A DNA stretch of 64,000 nt from Ascoidea asiatica JCM 7603 (GCA_001600695.1 BCKQ01000003.1:1185370-1249369); one strand, 5' to 3'. Counted from the first letter of the stretch, positions 1 through 13,348 are shown. The notes: a model not told the origin generated them from the sequence alone. Program-made: numbers and translations.

Positions 1-1825
1 TCTTATAAAATATTAATATTTGAGGTCTTTTAACATTGAGCATAACTTTTGTGAATTCAGCAGACAGAAAATTCTTCACAACTTCACAATCTTTAAACTA
101 TTGACAATCTTCAGCTGTTCCTTACTCTTCATCATTCCTTATTCTCTATTATTCTTTATACTTTTTTTTCCCATTATTCGAGATTCATTATTCAATATTC
201 AATATTCAATATTCGATACTCGTTATTCGTTATTCGTTGTTCGTTATTCTTTGTTTCTTGTCTTTTGATCGCTTTTCGTGTTGCAAGGTTTTTAACTTTG
301 TAGAAAATCTCCTTTTGAAATTGAATTTCCCCGAGTAAACAAAATCACTCATAAACTATTCATAAACTATTCACAATTTATTCGTTTTTTTTTTTTCACC
401 TTCTTAAATAATATTTATTCTTTTTTGTTAAATTTGCAAAGATTCGATCTTCATTTTTGAAAAACTCTTTATATTTATTTATTTATTTACCGGTATTTAT
501 TCAAATATTTATTACTAATTATTTAATCAATCAATAAGTTTTAGTTGAATTTTTCCTAAAAATATAATCTTTTTTTTTTATAAAATTTATAAAATTCAAA
601 TTCTTTTTTACTCATTTATACATTTATCTTTGTTGTAAATACAAAAAAAAAATTATTTCAAGTCAATTTTTCAAATTTATTCAAATTATTCAAATTATTT
701 TCATAACTTTCATAACTTTCATAACTTTCATAAGTCGTAAACTGTATCAAAGTCAATTAAAAATATTAAAATAATAAGTACTCTATTATTATTTTTCAAA
801 TTATATCCATAAATATTTAAATTTTCATTATTAAATTATTAAATTATTAAATTATTAAATAATAAATATTTAAAACTAACTTAACCTATCATATTTCGCT
901 CATCAATAGTACAATAATCAACATTACCTTACAACATAACCTTACTGAAATTATAATTATAAATATTATCATAAATATAATCAAAAACATAATCAAAGAC
1001 ATTATTTAAACAATTATTTAGACTTAGATATCAAGTTCTCATTAATATAATTTTAATTTGCTAGTATTCTTATTTATCTTCTTCTTCTTTGATTTGCTTT
1101 ACTTTATTTTACTTTAATTCAGTTTAATTAATTTTCTCCTGTATCGAATTTTTTTAAATATCTTAATATCTTCAGTTAAAATTACTTCAACCGCAAAAAT
1201 TCCATTAAATATTCATATTTTATTGTATTTATACTCATATTCATAATCATTATATTATTATCATATTACAATCATATTACTATCATATTGCTATCATATT
1301 TCTATCATATTTCTATCCTATTAACATCATAATTTATCCAAAATCTATTCATATTATATGATAATTCAAATAATTACTCGAATTATACATCAAATTTTAT
1401 CAAATCATATCTTCCAATTCAATAATTCCATTCCAATATTATTATCATTCCCATTAGTTTAACTTCAATTTACTTTCCTTAAAAAATATTCGAATATTAT
1501 TTAGATAATATTTAGATAATAATTAGATAATATTTTGAAATTATTTATAAAATTATTAAAGAAACTCATAAAAGAATCATCACAAATTTATACTTTATTA
1601 TTAATTTTTTTTCTATTTTTTTCAAAATTTCTTTTCCTGAATTTTGTAAATTCTTTCTATACAAAATATTTATATATTCTATATATTATCCATTTAAATC
1701 CAATTTATTATAATATTTTATAAAATTTCCATATTTTATATATGATACTTCAAATAGCTTTCAATTTTTGCTAAAAATAATCTTAAATATAAATATATTT
1801 ATCTATATATAAGATAAGAAAGGAA

Positions 1826-4655
1826 ATGAATCACCATATAGATGATTATACTGCACAAAGTAATAATTTATTAAACACCAACCAGTCTCAGTCTCAGTTA
1901 CAATCTCAAGTACAAGTACAAGCTCAATCTCAAGTTCAATATCAAAATCAAAACCAGAATCAAAATCAAAATCAAAATATAGCTAACGTATCTCAAATGG
2001 CTCATCAACAACAACAACAAAACAATATAAGCCATAATGTAAATAACAATTTGAATAACAATTTAAATAATCCTGTTTCTTTGCCTCCTCCAGCTTCAAC
2101 TAATTCAACTTCCTCAAATAATCAATCCAGTTTCAATATCAATAGTTTATTAACTACTTCAATATCGAATATAAATTCAAATCCTAATCCTAATCCAAAT
2201 CCAAATCCAAACTCAAATTCAAATTCAGTTTCTAATTCAATTTCGATTTCAAATTCCAGTTCAAATTCAAATCCAAATCTGAACGCTGGAATAAATTCAA
2301 TTCAAACTTCTAGCTCAAATTCAAATTCTAATCCCAATTCAAATTCTAATATAAGTTCAAATCCCAATTCCATTTTATCTGCAAATACAAGCTCAAATAC
2401 AAATGCAACTTCGATTTCAATTTCAAATAAATTACAAAATCCAACTCAAAATACATTAACCCCTTCAAATCATACTTCTATTCCTACAAATATTAATTTA
2501 AATAATCAAATTAACCAAAATAATGATTCTTATTCCACACTGGTTGCAACTCATTTACCAATGAATTATTCTCGTCAACCTATTCAGGCAATCCAACCAA
2601 CTCAAACCCCTTTTCTTCCATATAACAATCCTTATCTGCAACTGCAACAACAACAACAACAACAACAACAGCAACAACATCAACTGTCAGCTGGCCAACT
2701 TTTACAAATTCAGCCAGTGCAGCCCACTGCTAATCAGCGGCTGCAGGAACAGATATTGAAACAACATCAATCTAATGCAATGAATCCTCAAAATTATACT
2801 TTTGATCAGGCAGTTGATGAACTTCAAAGTGTTTTAACGATAAATTATTCTACAACTGCAACTCCTCCTCAATCTATAAATCACACAAATTCAACTATAA
2901 GTGATGGAAAACAAATTTTTCTATCTCATATGTTTAGATTAATTGAAATTATTAAAATAAAATATAATGAAAAAATCCCACCACAAAATTTAAATCAAAA
3001 ACAAATTCAACAAATGAATTCTCTTCCACGTCCTTTAAATTATAACTTTCAACAATATCCTCATCATCATCCTCCATCAACACAAATATCTTCAAATTTA
3101 CATAATCCTTCCTCACAACCTTCTCATTTTCAACCTTCACATCCTCCCCATTTACCTTCACTTGGTCAAACTTCCAATGCTTCTCCTTTAATTTATTCCA
3201 ATACCACAGCTTCAGATACAAATAGTCCTAAGAATAATCCAACAACTAATCAACTGAATGTATCGATTTCTAATGACTTTCAACAGAGACAAAATCAAGC
3301 AAATCTTAATTTTTATCCTTCTCAACCCCAATCACATCAATCCTCAGGTCCCAACGATTCTAAGAATCAAAATCAAGAAGAAAATAATGAAACAAATACT
3401 TCAAGTTTTAATCAAATGCCACCTCCAGATATAACACCAAATCAACATCCTTCAACTTCAAGTCCAAACTCAAATCAAGAAAATGATAATAATTTTAATG
3501 AAGAATCTAATAATCAAACTCAAAATTCTTCACCTTCTTTAACTTCCGATCAAGATCATTCAAAATCAAAACAACAAAAGAAAAATACAAAGAAAGCTCA
3601 GGCGCCTGTTAGTTCTGCAAAGAGAAGAAAATTATTCAGTGGATATAAATGTCTTGCATGCTCTTCAAATTTTGATACAAAATTTGATTTAAATGATCAT
3701 TATGAAAAGATTCATAAAACTTTAGATGGTAAAAATTATAAATGTCATTTTTGTCAAAAAATTTATAAAGATAAATATTATTTAGGACAACATATTAGAG
3801 ATAATCATTCTAAAGTGATTAATGTTAATTTTAATTGTTCTGCATGTGAATTATCTTTTGAAAGTAAATTTTATTTAAATGAGCATTATAAAGAGGTTCA
3901 TATGGTTGATAAAAAAGGATTCAAATGTTGTTATTGCAAAAAGATCTATAAAGATAAGTATTATTTAAGTTTACATTATAGAGATATTCATGAATCAAGT
4001 ATAAATAAAGATGGCGAGAATACTAATGGTATTAGTAATATTATAAAAACTTCTCAAGATTTGAATAATCCACAAGCTAATCAAATGATGAATCCAAATA
4101 TAGGTATGGGCTTAAATTCAAATCAAATGGTCAATCCTATGGGCAATCCTATGGGAAATCCTATAAATTCTATGAATCCAAATCATATAAATGCTATAAA
4201 TATAAATGGGTTTAATCCAATGAATAATATGGGTATGAATCCAATGAATGGGATGAATAATTTTAATATGACAAATATGAATATGAATGGATTGAATAAT
4301 TATAATCAAATGAATATGAACAATATAAATAATATGAATAATATGAATAATATGAATAATATGGCTCAAATGAATAATTTAAATATGAATCCAATAGGTC
4401 AGGTAAATCAAGTTAGTCAAGTTAATCAACTCAACCAAATGCAGAATTTAACAAATATGGGACAAGTTAATCCTATTAATAATCTTTCAGTAACTGGTAT
4501 AAATTTTAGAAAATGTGTACATTGTGAAAAAGTATTTCAATTTCAATCAGATTTAACAAATCATTATGAAAATTGTCCAGCATTAGGTCGTGGTGCTACA
4601 ATAGGAAATCCAATATCAAATAATAATGATGACCAACAAAATAAGCTTATAAGTC

Positions 4656-4688
<33 letters not shown>

Positions 4689-4852
4689 TTTCAAATAATA
4701 ACCCAAATTCCAATCAGCAAAATAATCAAGCACCTCAATTTGTAAATAATGATGGAATTCATTCCAACGCCCAAACGTTTTCAACTAGACCCAATATAAA
4801 CAATCTTATTCAACAAAAAAGAGAATCAGGGGAAGATAATATTATTCAATAA
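1826..4852 (+). CDS. C2H2 zinc-finger transcription factor with N/Q/M-rich low-complexity (prion-like) regions
   Basis: 1008-aa ORF. Four C2H2 fingers (CLAC..HYEKIH, CHFC..HIRDNH, CSAC..HYKEVH, CCYC..HYRDIH) and a separate C2HC finger (CVHC..HYENC). Basic NLS-like AKRRK precedes the fingers. Poly-Q and NSN/MNN tracts elsewhere. Confidence 0.9.
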
Positions 4853-5421
4853 TTGACTTTTTTCTTTTATTTTTTTTTCAATTGGATATGTATATTATTT
4901 TAACATTTATTATCTTGTTATTTATTTTTATTATATTATTATTTCCTCACATATATTATTCTATATTTGACTATATTATTTTATATTTGACTATATTATA
5001 TATTATATTAATACAACTACTAAGTATATCATATAGTTTATGGTCACATTTAAAAAAAGAGTCTTTTTTGTTTTTTTTTGTCTGATTTTATTATTTTATT
5101 ATTTTAATATTTTATTGATTTTTTTATTTTCACATATTCTTAATCATTCATATTTTCATTTTCTCATTTTCTTTTTATTTAATAATTTTATTTATTTTTT
5201 TCAAAATTTTAAAAACACACATATATTTAAATTTTAGTTCTAAAAGTTTTTATTCTATTTAATTTGTTATAAATTTTTCTCTTATCATAATTGTCATAAT
5301 AAGTCATTTTTTTAAATGGATATATTTAATGGATATTAAAGAATCTATGAAAGATTTAATTATTTTAAAAACGTATATAAGTAAATTTATAAAATTTATT
5401 TAACAGTTTCATTTAATTTAG

Positions 5422-6375
5422 TTAATGTAGTTGAGTAAAAATTGAAGATTTATCATCATCATGATATGGAGCCATTGACATACCATTATCTATATTATTT
5501 TCAGTATTTGCAACAGAAAATTCTAAATCTTCAGCGGTTATCATATCCCAATATTTATATAACATCATTAAAGTAAAAACATTAGCTAAAGTTGTAAAAA
5601 ATAAAGAATCAAGATAATGATTACAACCTTCACAAATAGTTTTATTTAAAACATATAATAAAATTTGACCAACAATAAAGAAAGCACTACCTAATAATAA
5701 AGCACCTAAAGCCCATAAATTATATAATATAAAAGTTACTAAAATTATCTGAGATAAAACATAAATAAATAAAAATACAGCATTTAAAACATAAAGTACA
5801 ATAAATAAACCAATTGTATTTGAGTGATTTATTGAATCTGACCAATTTTGAAAAGTAAAAATTGCAATTATAAAAGTTAATAAAAATATAGCAAAAGAAG
5901 ATAATCTTAATAAAAACATTGAAGTTTTTTTACCATCTTCCCATAATTCAAAACCGGTCAAGCCTGTGATCATTAAAGACCAACAAACTGCAGAAGTAAA
6001 ACCAGATTGAATAGAAACAAAATATTTATAAGATTCAGAACCTGGTGGAGAAACCCCTTGATCAACAATTAAATTTAGAAAAGTTAAAACAAATAATAAT
6101 TGAAAAAACCATAACATTTCATTTCTACCAATTGCAGTATATTTTCTTTTAATATTAAATAAAGTTATTGTTATTATAGCTAAAGTACCAATATTAATAA
6201 AAGCAGTACCAATTTGAAAAATTATTGTATTTGCTAACTCTATTGATCTTGAATAACATTTGGGTAAAACTCCAACAGTTATTGGAGATAATTCAGAATC
6301 TAATGGATTTGATATGATTGAACATAAAGGAACTGTTGCAGTTTTACAAATTTCAGTTAAATTTCCAAAACCCAT
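5422..6375 (-). CDS. CHS7: Chitin synthase III export chaperone Chs7 (multi-pass ER membrane protein)
   Basis: 317 aa. Chs7 motifs MGFG..IC..PLC, CYSRSIELANTIIFQ, KYTAIGRNE, WEDG, HYLDSLFF and YKYWDMITAEDLEFSV. Confidence 0.95.
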   Translation of the reverse strand: MGFGNLTEICKTATVPLCSIISNPLDSELSPITVGVLPKCYSRSIELANTIIFQIGTAFINIGTLAIITITLFNIKRKYTAIGRNEMLWFFQLLFVLTFLNLIVDQGVSPPGSESYKYFVSIQSGFTSAVCWSLMITGLTGFELWEDGKKTSMFLLRLSSFAIFLLTFIIAIFTFQNWSDSINHSNTIGLFIVLYVLNAVFLFIYVLSQIILVTFILYNLWALGALLLGSAFFIVGQILLYVLNKTICEGCNHYLDSLFFTTLANVFTLMMLYKYWDMITAEDLEFSVANTENNIDNGMSMAPYHDDDKSSIFTQLH

Positions 6376-6990
6376 TATAAAAAATATGATATTAAGTGAA
6401 GTTGAAGAATGATCTGGATATTGAAATGAAGTTGATTGATTATGAAAAGAATATTAATAATGAGATAAAGTACAAAAAAAAGATGCTTGATTTGATAATT
6501 TTTGAAATAATATATCAATGATAAAGGAGAATGAAAAATTTGTAAATCTAGAATCTAGAATCTATAAAATGAAATGCGAATTAGTTGATTGAAATATTAG
6601 ATTTAAGTTAAAGATCTGATGAAGATTTTAATGAATAGGATGCAAAATCAGAGAAAATAAATCTAGTTTATATATATATTATTCTAATATTCTATTATTC
6701 TGTTCTATTATTAAATTATTCTATTATTCTATTATTCTATTATTATATTATTATATCAGGTTTGTCTGTAAACCAGAGCTCTTCAGAATTGATTCTTTGA
6801 AGATCAATCAATACATTAAAATAGGATACATATAAAAAAAGTACAATAATTCCATTAAATATCAAAACCAAATATTTACCACGGAACAGTTCACTTCGCT
6901 CTGCTGCGAACCAGCCCTGTTGGTGCTAAACGTTACTCTTCAGTTTTCAGTTGGCGAGCGTTAACGTCCTCATCAGCCTTGTTTGGCACG

Positions 6991-7023
6991 CTGTGCCTGA
7001 CCTGTGCCTGACCTGTGCCTGGC
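6991..7023. repeat. 11-bp tandem repeat CTGTGCCTGAC x3 (last copy CTGTGCCTGGC)
   Basis: Read directly in the GC-rich patch upstream of CHS7. Confidence 0.9.
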
Positions 7024-7258
7024 CCTCTCTCTGGACTCTGTTAACCCACACAGCTGGTATTATCCATGCTACTGGTAAGATCCACTATGGTGGTTGTTTT
7101 TTTATTTGAATCTCTAGATTGGCGATTTGAGTTTTTCATTATTGTATTATGTAATACCTATACAAAAAACTATACATTTAATATTTACAAATACATACTC
7201 CAATATATAACATTTCATTATCATTTCAATTTAATTTCATTTCATTAAAAATTCATTA

Positions 7259-9625
7259 TTACTCTTTATCTGAATCATTAGGCTTTTTTTTATCACTTAT
7301 CTTTTTTTGTTCTTCAGCAATCATTGAAAATATTTTCACACTTAATTCTTGGATATCTTTACTCTTCAATTTTATATCATTAATTGAAATATTTGAATCT
7401 AAAACTTTATTTTCATTTCTAATCAAATTAATTAATTTATCAAATTTCTTGAATCTTTCTTCAATTAATTCTTTATAAATTTGGATTAATTCTGAATTAT
7501 CACTTTCATTGATTAATTTATCAAATTTAATTAATGCATTTTTAATATCTGAACAAATTAAATCTAATTTTGTTGCTTCTTCGATTTTTTCTTTTCTTAA
7601 CTTATCAATATCTTTAAAACTTTCTGCATCTTTAATCATTTTATTTATTTCATTTTCACTTAATCCTGAATTTCCAGTAACAGTAATTGAAGAATCTTTA
7701 CCAGTTTTTTTATCTTTTGCAGAAACTTTTAAAATTCCATCAACATCAATATCAAATGTAACTTGAATTTGGGGTATTCCTTTTAATTCAACTGGTATAT
7801 CACTCAATTTAAAATTTCCAATTAATTTATTATCTTTAACTAATGATCTTTCTCCTTGATAAACTCTAATTTCAACTCCTGTTTGTCCATCAACTGCAGT
7901 TGAAAAGATTTGTGATTTTTTACTTGGTATTGTTGTACTTCTATTAATTAATGGTGAAAATAATCCTCCATATGTTTCAATACCTAATGATAATGGTGTA
8001 ACATCTAATAATAAAACATCTTTGATTTCTCCTGATAAAACTCCTCCTTGAATTGCAGCTCCAATTGCAACTGCTTCATCTGGATTTATTGATATATTAC
8101 ATTCTTTATTAAAAAATTTTGAAACTTCTTCTCGAACTTTTGGCATATATGTCATACCACCAATTAAAATTATTTCTTCGATATCTTCTTTTGAAATATC
8201 TCCATCTTTAATTGCTTTATTACAATGTTTAAAAGTTTCTTCAATTAATTTCTTACTTATTATATTTAATTTTTCTCTAGTTAATTTATAATTAATATGT
8301 TTAGATTCAATTATAAATGGTAAATTAATTTCAACTTCTTCTAATTTATCTAAATTTTTTTTACCAATTTCTGATGCTTCTCTTATTCTTTGAATTATTA
8401 AATTTGAATTTTTAGAACTTTTCAAATCAATATTATTTTTTTCTTTAAAATCTTTTAAAATATCTTCTAAAATTAAAATATCAAAATCTTCTCCACCTAA
8501 ATGTGTATTACCATTTGTAGATCTAACTTCAAATACTCCATCTTCAATATCTAAAATCGATATATCAAATGTTCCTCCACCTAAATCATAAACTGCAATT
8601 AACCCATTTTTATCTTTACTTAAAGTTTTTTTATCTAATCCATAAGCTAAAGCCGCTGCCGTTGGTTCATTAATAACTCTTAAAACATTTAATCCTGCTA
8701 TTTTTCCTGCATTTTTTGTTGAAGTTCTTTGACTATCATTAAAATAGGCAGGTACTGTAACAACTGCATTTCTGATTGGTTTATTTAATTGACTTTCTGC
8801 AATTGATTTCATTTTATTTAATATAAATCCACCAATTTGTGCTGGTGAATATGTATAATAATCACTGGAATCTTTTTTCTTTAAATTAGTTTTTAGCCAT
8901 GCATCTCCATTTGTATGTTCAATGATTTTATAAGATACATTTTTAATGTCTTTTTGAACTTCCATATCATTAAATCGTCTACCAATTAATCTTTTTGTAC
9001 CATAAAAAGTATTATCAGGATTTAATAATGCTTGTCTTTTTGCAGGTCTTCCAACAATTATATCAAATAAACTTTCTGTTTTATTATCTGCTTTATTATT
9101 TGAACTGCCACTATTAGATGATTTTTGTAAAAAAGATACAACTGAAGGAGTAGTTCTATAACCTTCTTCATTTTCCAAAATTTTTGGAATTTTTCCTTCC
9201 ATTACTGCAACTGCAGAATTGGTTGTACCTAAATCAATCCCTATTACTGTTGGATGTACATTATTTATTCGGTTACTATCGTTATTTTCCTTACCATTGT
9301 TATTACTATCAGTAATAATGTCACTATTACCATTTATGAAATTCTCAGAATTATCATTGTTTTTATTATCTGTAGCACTTGTGACATTACTATTTTGTCT
9401 TGTTGAATTATTTAAATTGATTTTTGACTTCTTTGATATATGATTGAATAAATTATCATTTATATTTATACCATTAGAAAATCCATTAGATGAAGAGTAA
9501 TTAAGATATCTTTGTAATGTATTGAATGATTTAAATAAAACAGGTTTTGAAATTGCGGATATTGCCTTTGATAAAAGAATTCTTGATGATTGTGATGTGA
9601 TTATATTTTTTGTAGATGATAACAT
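7259..9625 (-). CDS. SSQ1: Mitochondrial Hsp70, most like Ssq1 (Fe-S cluster biogenesis); first ATG at 9625, not the GTG at 9631
   Basis: Hsp70 motifs [33 protein letters not shown] and [16 protein letters not shown], with a Ser/Arg/Lys-rich presequence. Ssq1-type residues [15 protein letters not shown] and VDGQ occur where Ssc1 has DIDNGVFEVK, FTRLI and AAGQ. Confidence 0.8.
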   Translation of the reverse strand: MLSSTKNIITSQSSRILLSKAISAISKPVLFKSFNTLQRYLNYSSSNGFSNGININDNLFNHISKKSKINLNNSTRQNSNVTSATDNKNNDNSENFINGNSDIITDSNNNGKENNDSNRINNVHPTVIGIDLGTTNSAVAVMEGKIPKILENEEGYRTTPSVVSFLQKSSNSGSSNNKADNKTESLFDIIVGRPAKRQALLNPDNTFYGTKRLIGRRFNDMEVQKDIKNVSYKIIEHTNGDAWLKTNLKKKDSSDYYTYSPAQIGGFILNKMKSIAESQLNKPIRNAVVTVPAYFNDSQRTSTKNAGKIAGLNVLRVINEPTAAALAYGLDKKTLSKDKNGLIAVYDLGGGTFDISILDIEDGVFEVRSTNGNTHLGGEDFDILILEDILKDFKEKNNIDLKSSKNSNLIIQRIREASEIGKKNLDKLEEVEINLPFIIESKHINYKLTREKLNIISKKLIEETFKHCNKAIKDGDISKEDIEEIILIGGMTYMPKVREEVSKFFNKECNISINPDEAVAIGAAIQGGVLSGEIKDVLLLDVTPLSLGIETYGGLFSPLINRSTTIPSKKSQIFSTAVDGQTGVEIRVYQGERSLVKDNKLIGNFKLSDIPVELKGIPQIQVTFDIDVDGILKVSAKDKKTGKDSSITVTGNSGLSENEINKMIKDAESFKDIDKLRKEKIEEATKLDLICSDIKNALIKFDKLINESDNSELIQIYKELIEERFKKFDKLINLIRNENKVLDSNISINDIKLKSKDIQELSVKIFSMIAEEQKKISDKKKPNDSDKE

Positions 9626-10441
9626 CTTCACGAATTTTTCTTATTGTTTGCTTTCTCTTTGATATTGAAAAAATTTAATTGATTTTTTTGATTTTTTTTG
9701 GCCCTTATCGGTTCCCACGTAAACGAGATCAATCTGTCTTATATATCAATTCAATTGAAGTCTCAATAGCAGTTTATAAAATCTCTCGTAGAAATTTATA
9801 ATATTGATTTTAATTCTGATTAATTTATTATACTTTGAATGATTAATTATTCAAAACTTCAGGTCTTTTAATTTATGCTTCATAAATTAAAAATCAATTT
9901 TAATACTAAATTTCCAAGAAGCCTGAAGAATCATTGATCTTCAATTATCCCGGTGAAGCAGTTCTCATTCATGCTCCAGGAAAATAAAGCCGAGCAGGGA
10001 GTTAACGCCGCTGGTTACTTTGGGAAGTTTTTGTAGAAAATTGCGGAGATATATTTTATAGCCATCTCAAAGGTACTGTACTAAAAACGCAGGAATCACG
10101 CTAAATATGCGCATAAGCAACATGAGGGATGTAATGTATATTATACATATACCCAAATTATAGTACATTGAATCCGTGGAATTGGTAACATTCAGTGAAG
10201 TTGAGTTTTTGTTAAAGTTTTGAATTGTTTACTGTTTTTGAAAATATTTTCTTTTGGCTTGAATATTGAAAAAAAACATTGTAATGCCAGCCAGAGAATA
10301 TTTCAATCAGATTTAATTGAGGAGTTGAAGTAGGAAATATTTGTATTTTTTGGAAGGATAACCATTAGTGTGAATAGGAGTTTGTACTATTTCCAGATGA
10401 TATAATGTGGATCTTTTTCAGTCTCCTATTTTTATCAAATA

Positions 10442-13348
10442 ATGTCAATATTTCCAACATCCCCAATAACAAACGATTATTTCAGCGATGATAATCAACA
10501 CTATTATGACAAACAAGATGTCGAGATGAGAAACATTGATTCTGATCAAGATGAATTTAACTTCAGTGATTTAGAAACTCCAGGTTCAGTGGACTCTAAA
10601 ATTGACAAAAGTCACAAAAAAGATATTGATGAAAATCCGAAGAATGAAATGTCAAAAAAAACAGAAATTACTCAAGAACTGCGTTTGGTTAGATTTAACA
10701 AAGAATCCTTAGAAACTCCAATCAATGATGGAATTATAAATTACAATGATAATCCTGATGATGATGATGACGAAATTCTCAATAAACTTTTAAATGAGGA
10801 TTATGATTTAAATTCAGATGATAATAATAATTATTATAATAACTATTTTGATAATGATATCGATCATAAAAATGAATTAGGTTTAAGTTTGAATTTAAAT
10901 TCAAATACTTTATTCAATGGTAACAAAAATTATCTAGATTTTTATTATAAACAAATTAGTGAAATTTGTAATCCTATAGATTATAAGAATATTGAAAAAT
11001 CAAAAAAATTAAAAAATTCATTCATTTCAATTAATAATGATTTTAATATCAAAGAATCCCTTCAAAATTCTCCAAATAATACCTTTCTATATAATGGTGG
11101 AACTTTTTGGTCTTCAAAAGAAAAGGAAATTTTTTTTCATTATTTATCAAGATACTCAATTCATAATTTGGATTTAATAAAAGAACAATTAATTAACAAG
11201 ACAGAGATTGAAATTCTAAATTATTATAATTTGCTAAAAAGTAATTTAAACTTTTTCAAATCAAAAAAAAAAATTTTTAAAAAATTATTTAAATATAATG
11301 AATTACCAATCTCTTTTGAAGTTTCGAATAGTTTTATAAGTTTTGAAAATAATCAATCAAGCCTAATTACATATTATGAAAATTTATCAAATTCGAAACT
11401 AAAAGAAAAATCAGAAGTGAAAGTTGAACAAAATGATTTAATTAATTCGAATACTTTAAAAACCTTGACTAAAAATATATACATACATAACAATATTAAA
11501 GGTCTCTCATATGATCATAATTTTCAGTCACAATATTATTCAGATTCTGATGTTAATGTTAATAATGATTCCAACAATGAGTCTCGGTTTGCATCTGAGT
11601 CTGAGTCCGAAACTGACTATGAAAATGAGAGTAATAATGGAAAAAAAAGCAAAATAAATTCTAAAAAAAGAAAAAGAAAACAGCCTAAGAAACAAAAATC
11701 TAAAAAAAAGATAAAAATTAAAAAAAACACTCAAGAAATTCTACCACCAACTGTAAATAGTGCTGCCTATATGAGTTTAACGGAAATAGTTGACAACAAA
11801 ACAAGAGAAATAATTTCTAAAATTATTGAAATGAGATTATTAAAATCTTGGCAATCCAATATAGATATACCTGGAAATGTCATAGAGCCAACTCAAAATG
11901 ATGAAAATGGGCAAGAAATTGATGTAAATAGATACAACCCAAAAATTTTACCTTCAGATGTATATAATGCATTATTTGAGCTAAATTTTTGGCCAGATTT
12001 ATTAAGTCATAAAATGAGATCATTAAAGTTAGACATCAATAAAGATAATTTGGATCCAATCTTTTTAGATAACTACTGGAAATATATAAAAAGGAATTTG
12101 AATTTAAGAGTTATAGGTAGAAATAATCATATTTTAACAAATTCTCAATTTGAGAGCTTCAATTTTTTCAAAATTTTGAAACAAAATAGAAAATTCTTTG
12201 AAGACAAGTTAAACGATTTGAAATTTATATATGATGATCCAATTGAATTTTATGAAGATGAGAAAATTCATGATAATCAATTTAGGAAAGAAGAAAACTC
12301 AAAGGTTGATAATGTTCAAAATAATGAACGATGCAATGGAGAGGAGAATTTTACAAATCATTTTATATCCATTGATAATCAAGGTTCTACTGCCGCCAAT
12401 ATTGAATCCGTATTCGAAGATAATCAACAAGCTGAAAATTCTAATATTCATAATATGGGATTAGCTCCAACTCAGATATTTAATGCTAATTTAAACTCAG
12501 ATTCCGATTCAAGCACTAGCAGAAGTTCTCAGTTACCCAAAGTTGACAATTCCAATGACTCTTCTGAGGTGGAAATAACCAGTGATTCTGATTCTGAAGG
12601 TGAATTAAATGTAACCTCAAATGTGATTATAAATGTTGATCAACTTTCTAAATCTAATAGAAAACAGTTCACTCCTGTATTGCACAAAAATATCCAAAGG
12701 CAAAATACAAAAACTTTGAAACCCACTAAAAAAATAGGTGATCATTACTATGGGTTGAATCTTGGAAGAAGAAAAAAAAAGCTTATTGCAGAGTCTTTTA
12801 TTGAGGACGATCCAACAAATTTTATAGATAATGAAATTGCTGAAAAAATTTTCAAAAAGGAAACCGAATTAGTAGATAAACAAGATATAGAAAATTCAAG
12901 AAATTATGAGCATATTTTATTAACTGCATTCTCAACGGTAGAAACATTTGGTAAACCTGCATTACTTTCAGAAAATAAAGCAATAGAGTACAACGAGATT
13001 ATTAAAAGAACAAATTTCTCCAAAGGCCTTTTAAAGGAAGATTTGATAGATGATATAGAAGAAAAGAAAGAAAAAAAAGTCAATGATTTTAATCGCTTTG
13101 ATAATGGAGTCAAAAATATTCACGGAGACTATTTTGATCGAGATGAGGATTATTTTACAGATGAATATGAGTACAATTTGAATCAAAGTGATTATGAGTC
13201 TTCAGCTATCGAAAGTTCGGATGATGATACCAACTTCACTACACCCTATAATCCTTTAAAAGACGATGATAGAATAACTCCTGAGATGATGTTCATGCAT
13301 TTATATGAATTTCCCAACTATAATTATGCCCCGCCTGAAGAACATTAA
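10442..13348 (+). CDS. RRN5: RNA polymerase I upstream activating factor subunit Rrn5-like, extended with low-complexity inserts
   Basis: SANT-like segment GTFWSSKEKEIFFHYLSRYSIH..KTEIEILNYYNLLK followed by ELPISFEVS is characteristic of Rrn5. Confidence 0.8.
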   Translation: MSIFPTSPITNDYFSDDNQHYYDKQDVEMRNIDSDQDEFNFSDLETPGSVDSKIDKSHKKDIDENPKNEMSKKTEITQELRLVRFNKESLETPINDGIINYNDNPDDDDDEILNKLLNEDYDLNSDDNNNYYNNYFDNDIDHKNELGLSLNLNSNTLFNGNKNYLDFYYKQISEICNPIDYKNIEKSKKLKNSFISINNDFNIKESLQNSPNNTFLYNGGTFWSSKEKEIFFHYLSRYSIHNLDLIKEQLINKTEIEILNYYNLLKSNLNFFKSKKKIFKKLFKYNELPISFEVSNSFISFENNQSSLITYYENLSNSKLKEKSEVKVEQNDLINSNTLKTLTKNIYIHNNIKGLSYDHNFQSQYYSDSDVNVNNDSNNESRFASESESETDYENESNNGKKSKINSKKRKRKQPKKQKSKKKIKIKKNTQEILPPTVNSAAYMSLTEIVDNKTREIISKIIEMRLLKSWQSNIDIPGNVIEPTQNDENGQEIDVNRYNPKILPSDVYNALFELNFWPDLLSHKMRSLKLDINKDNLDPIFLDNYWKYIKRNLNLRVIGRNNHILTNSQFESFNFFKILKQNRKFFEDKLNDLKFIYDDPIEFYEDEKIHDNQFRKEENSKVDNVQNNERCNGEENFTNHFISIDNQGSTAANIESVFEDNQQAENSNIHNMGLAPTQIFNANLNSDSDSSTSRSSQLPKVDNSNDSSEVEITSDSDSEGELNVTSNVIINVDQLSKSNRKQFTPVLHKNIQRQNTKTLKPTKKIGDHYYGLNLGRRKKKLIAESFIEDDPTNFIDNEIAEKIFKKETELVDKQDIENSRNYEHILLTAFSTVETFGKPALLSENKAIEYNEIIKRTNFSKGLLKEDLIDDIEEKKEKKVNDFNRFDNGVKNIHGDYFDRDEDYFTDEYEYNLNQSDYESSAIESSDDDTNFTTPYNPLKDDDRITPEMMFMHLYEFPNYNYAPPEEH

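Noticed and set aside
20-1723. F/L/I-rich short ORFs and short tandem repeats (TTCATAACT, ATTATTAA) upstream of the zinc-finger gene; similar ORFs at 4882-5237
   Set aside because: Products of T-rich low-complexity UTR/promoter DNA and replication slippage, common throughout the window.
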